A stretch of DNA of 64,000 nucleotides from the human T2T-CHM13v2.0 reference genome, Homo sapiens. The translations under genes and the position numbers were made by a program. Shown one piece after another: positions 60,036 through 64,000 of the stretch (position 1 is the first letter of the stretch; every line of letters starts with the position of its first letter). The notes under the pieces were generated by a model. That model ran no database searches and was not told the DNA's origin. It was given only the letters and a program-made list of their open reading frames with translations. The stretch is from assembly GCF_009914755.1 (NCBI RefSeq), contig NC_060939.1; one strand, written 5' to 3'.

Positions 60036-61009
60036 AATATAATCCCTATGAGATGAAGTGTCAGCAACTATTATATTTTTACATAAATATATAGGAGATA
60101 TCTATATATATTATGCTGCTGTATCTCTCCATATTGTAATATACATATTGTTTTGTCTCTCACACACACATATAAATAACAGAGAGATAAAGCAAACTGG
60201 CAAAATATTACCAACTAATGAATCCAAATGAAGGAAATATGGATGTTCATTGCATTGCATTTTAGTTTTTCTCTAGATTTGAACTTTTCAAGAGAAAAAG
60301 TTGGGGAGTAAAATATGTCTCATGCCATGCCATTAATTTCTTTCTCTAATGCTGGGAAAGAGTAAACTCTCAGTGACTGAGCAGTTCACAGCTCAGTCCA
60401 GTCTCCTGAAGAAATCCAGATAACTTATCTGGAACATTAAAAATCATATTTCATCCTGGAAATAACAGTTTAGGTTATTGAAGGAGCTGAGTCTCTACCC
60501 ATACCTAGTGATCTGGCCACTTAAAAACATCTAAATAGCTTCTAAGAATCAGTGTCATAAATTTGTTTTCAAGTAATTTCTCATTGTAAAAAATAAGGCA
60601 ATTCCACATAAACAGCTCCTTTCCAAAACCCCATTAAAATAAGAGTAAAGAAAGTTTTTATAAGAGCATAAATCTACCAGGACAAAGAAAATAGGAGAGA
60701 AGATGAATGCTATAATAAGTTAGAATCTGCAAAGTAGGTGATCAAGTGTTAATTGCCTCAGAAGACCTAGGAAAGCCAAAACTAAATTGGCAGTGGGAGA
60801 AACCCAGAAGCAAGCTACTTTAACTGGGTATAGATTTCTAGGCTTCGCATTACTAAGGCATTGTTCCTGTCTTCTGTTTTTCAGTGTTTCCACTGAAAAT
60901 TTCAATGCCATTCAGATACCCAGTCCTATGTCTGTGGCTTTTTTCTCTCTGGAAACATTCAGGATATTTTCTTTATCCTTGGAGCTTTGGAATCTTTCGA
61001 TAACATGTT

Positions 61010-61930
61010 TTGGTGCCCAAAGTATGTTTTCACCAAAAACTGAGACATGCTTGGGAGTTGAGATTGTCCATTGCCCATTATGGGCTCCCTTTACTATAGA
61101 ACTGATAGACAGAAAAGGACTTACTACCCTTGATCCCAATTACTTGGGGAAAGACTTACTACCCTTGATCGCAATTACTGGGAGAAGTCGTATTGCTTAC
61201 AATGGAGTAAGGAGGACTGTGTCTGGAATTCAGTGGGGAGCCTTTGACATCAACACATCTAGCAACAACCATCAGTGGGAGCCCTGAAACCCCACAAAGA
61301 GCATTACTAAAACCTTGGATCCTAAGGACAGACTGAGGCCATCCACTATTATTGGTTTAACTGTATTCTCCAAATAAGATATTTTGAAGTCCTAACTCCT
61401 AGTACTTCAGAATGTGTCCTTATTTGGAAGTAGGGTCTTTATAGAGGTAATCAAATTAAAATGAGATCATTAGGGTAGATCCTAATACTATACGGCTGGT
61501 CTCTTTATAAAAAGGAGAAATCTGGACACAGAGACAGATGCACACAAGGGGAAGACAATGTGAAGACACGCAGGGAGAACATCACGTGAAGACAGAGGAT
61601 GGGAATGACGCTTCAACAAGCCAAGGAACACTAAAGATGACTGGCAACCAACAGTAGCTAGGAGAAGGCAAGGAAGGATTCCCCCATGGGTTTTAGAGGG
61701 AACACAGCCTCGTCAACACCTTGATTTCACACTTCTGGCCTCCAAAACTGGGAGATAATAAATTTCTGTTGTTTTAAGTCACCTAGTTTATGGTATTTTG
61801 TTATAATACCCTAGGAAACTAATGCACCCACCAAATAAAACAATGCCCATCTGGGGTGCCACCAGGATAAGGCGAATGTGGAATGAGTGATGGGAAAAGA
61901 AGGCTCTGATGTATCAGCTTGGCCCTAGCG
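61010..61930 (+). mobile_element. ERVL internal dUTPase-region remnant, interrupted by MLT1C
   Basis: KGLTTLDPNYLG and AYNG resemble ERVL KGVT...IDPDYQGE...LHNGG; the sequence continues after 61826. Confidence 0.55.
61349..61826 (+). mobile_element. MLT1C-like MaLR LTR
   Basis: gaagtcctaactcctagtacttcagaatgtgtccttatttggaa...acaagccaaggaaca...ctaggaaactaat. Confidence 0.8.
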
Positions 61931-62929
61931 TCCATCTACAGAGGCTGAAACAGTTACATTTAGTTATGACTTTTCCTTGCATTCTTACATGAAGGGCACT
62001 CATGGTGGCCAATGGCACGATTCAGATTTAGGTGAAACTGAAATGACATCACCACATGATGACACATCGGCTGATCGGAGTTTGTGGGAGGAAACCAATG
62101 TCCTCAGTGTCCTCCAAGCAAAAGGCAAGAATGTGCTGAGAGGCACAGGGGGTGAGCCAGGCTGGTTATTTTCCATTTGCCACTGCCTGTCTCGCCTCAT
62201 CTTGGCCCATTTTCCTTCCTTCTCTGCCCTGCACTGTGTTCCCCAAAGCTGACTTCTGTGGGCTCCGCACAAGGCTTACTTGCTGTGATTATTATTTTTT
62301 TATTTTATAAAATATATACTTTTAAACACAATAGTATAATACAACATGCTTAAATTATGTTTCATGTGGAAAAAAATAAGGTGTATAAAGAAAACCTGAA
62401 CATTTTCTCTCATTCCACCCTTTACTGCCCTGAGATAATGCTAATGGCCTGCTGTTCCTGTATTTCAACCCTCTCCTCCATGACTGTGCAAACACAAAAC
62501 ACACATACAGGATTTTGTTGTTTTTTGCTTTTACCTATAAAAAGAAAGGATACACTATACATTTACTCTGTCACTTCCAGTTTTCAATGGTGAGGTATAC
62601 TGAACCCCCTTCAAGTTAGTATGCATAGATGTATTTTTGTACTAACTGCATAGTGCTTTATTGTGTGGACATGTCACAAAGTATTTAATCCTTCTACTAT
62701 TGAGAAACATTAGACTTTTCATTTTTGAATACTACAAACTATTCTGCAGTAAAGTTTTTTTCTATGTGATTTTAATTGTATATTTTAGATTCCTTTCTAA
62801 GAATATTGCTAGGAGTGTGCATTTTTTTCACATTAATATTTGTTACCAGATTAGTAGCAATTTAAACTTTCTCTCTAAGTATATGATAACTGTTTCCTCA
62901 CATTTCCTTCAGCAATGAAAATTATTTAA

Positions 62930-63895
<966 letters not shown>

Positions 63896-64000
63896 ATTCA
63901 TCAGCTCCCCTGGTTCTCAGGCCTCTGCACTCAGGCGAGAATTACATCTCCAACTTTCTTGGACCCTCAGATCATGGGATTTCTTGGCCTCCATAATCAC

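Noticed and set aside
61112-61187. 35-bp tandem duplication
   Set aside because: It is real but lies within a decayed ERVL remnant, with no sign of function.

Overview
This is primate (very probably human) genomic DNA from the TM2D3-TARS3 (TARSL2) locus, which I recall as 15q26.3. Both genes are on the minus strand. TM2D3 is complete: six coding exons, 24365->14483, give a 744-nt CDS (247 aa) with a CpG-island promoter at about 23950-25150. The last nine coding exons of the threonyl-tRNA synthetase TARS3 (58056->26580, 362 aa, all GT-AG and phase-consistent) end roughly 1.3-2 kb upstream of the TM2D3 start. Most of the rest is interspersed repeat: a disabled young L1PA at 1-4500, about 18 Alus, MaLR/ERV1 LTRs, ERVL pol and dUTPase remnants, Tigger/MER DNA transposons, old L1M, and U6 and U13 retrocopies. 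I see no clearly new multi-gene system. The best leads are: (1) a phase-compatible TARS3->TM2D3 read-through fusion, next to a 16 x 57-bp VNTR with splice-like signals just upstream of the TARS3 terminal exon; (2) a TSD-flanked, L1-retroposed ~0.9 kb non-repeat insert at 37372-38568 that looks like a 3'UTR-only retrocopy; (3) an ancient local duplication bracketing two TARS3 catalytic exons; (4) a possible intronic-polyadenylation route to a secreted TM2D3 ectodomain. Repeat subfamily names and reference protein details are from memory and were not checked with tools.
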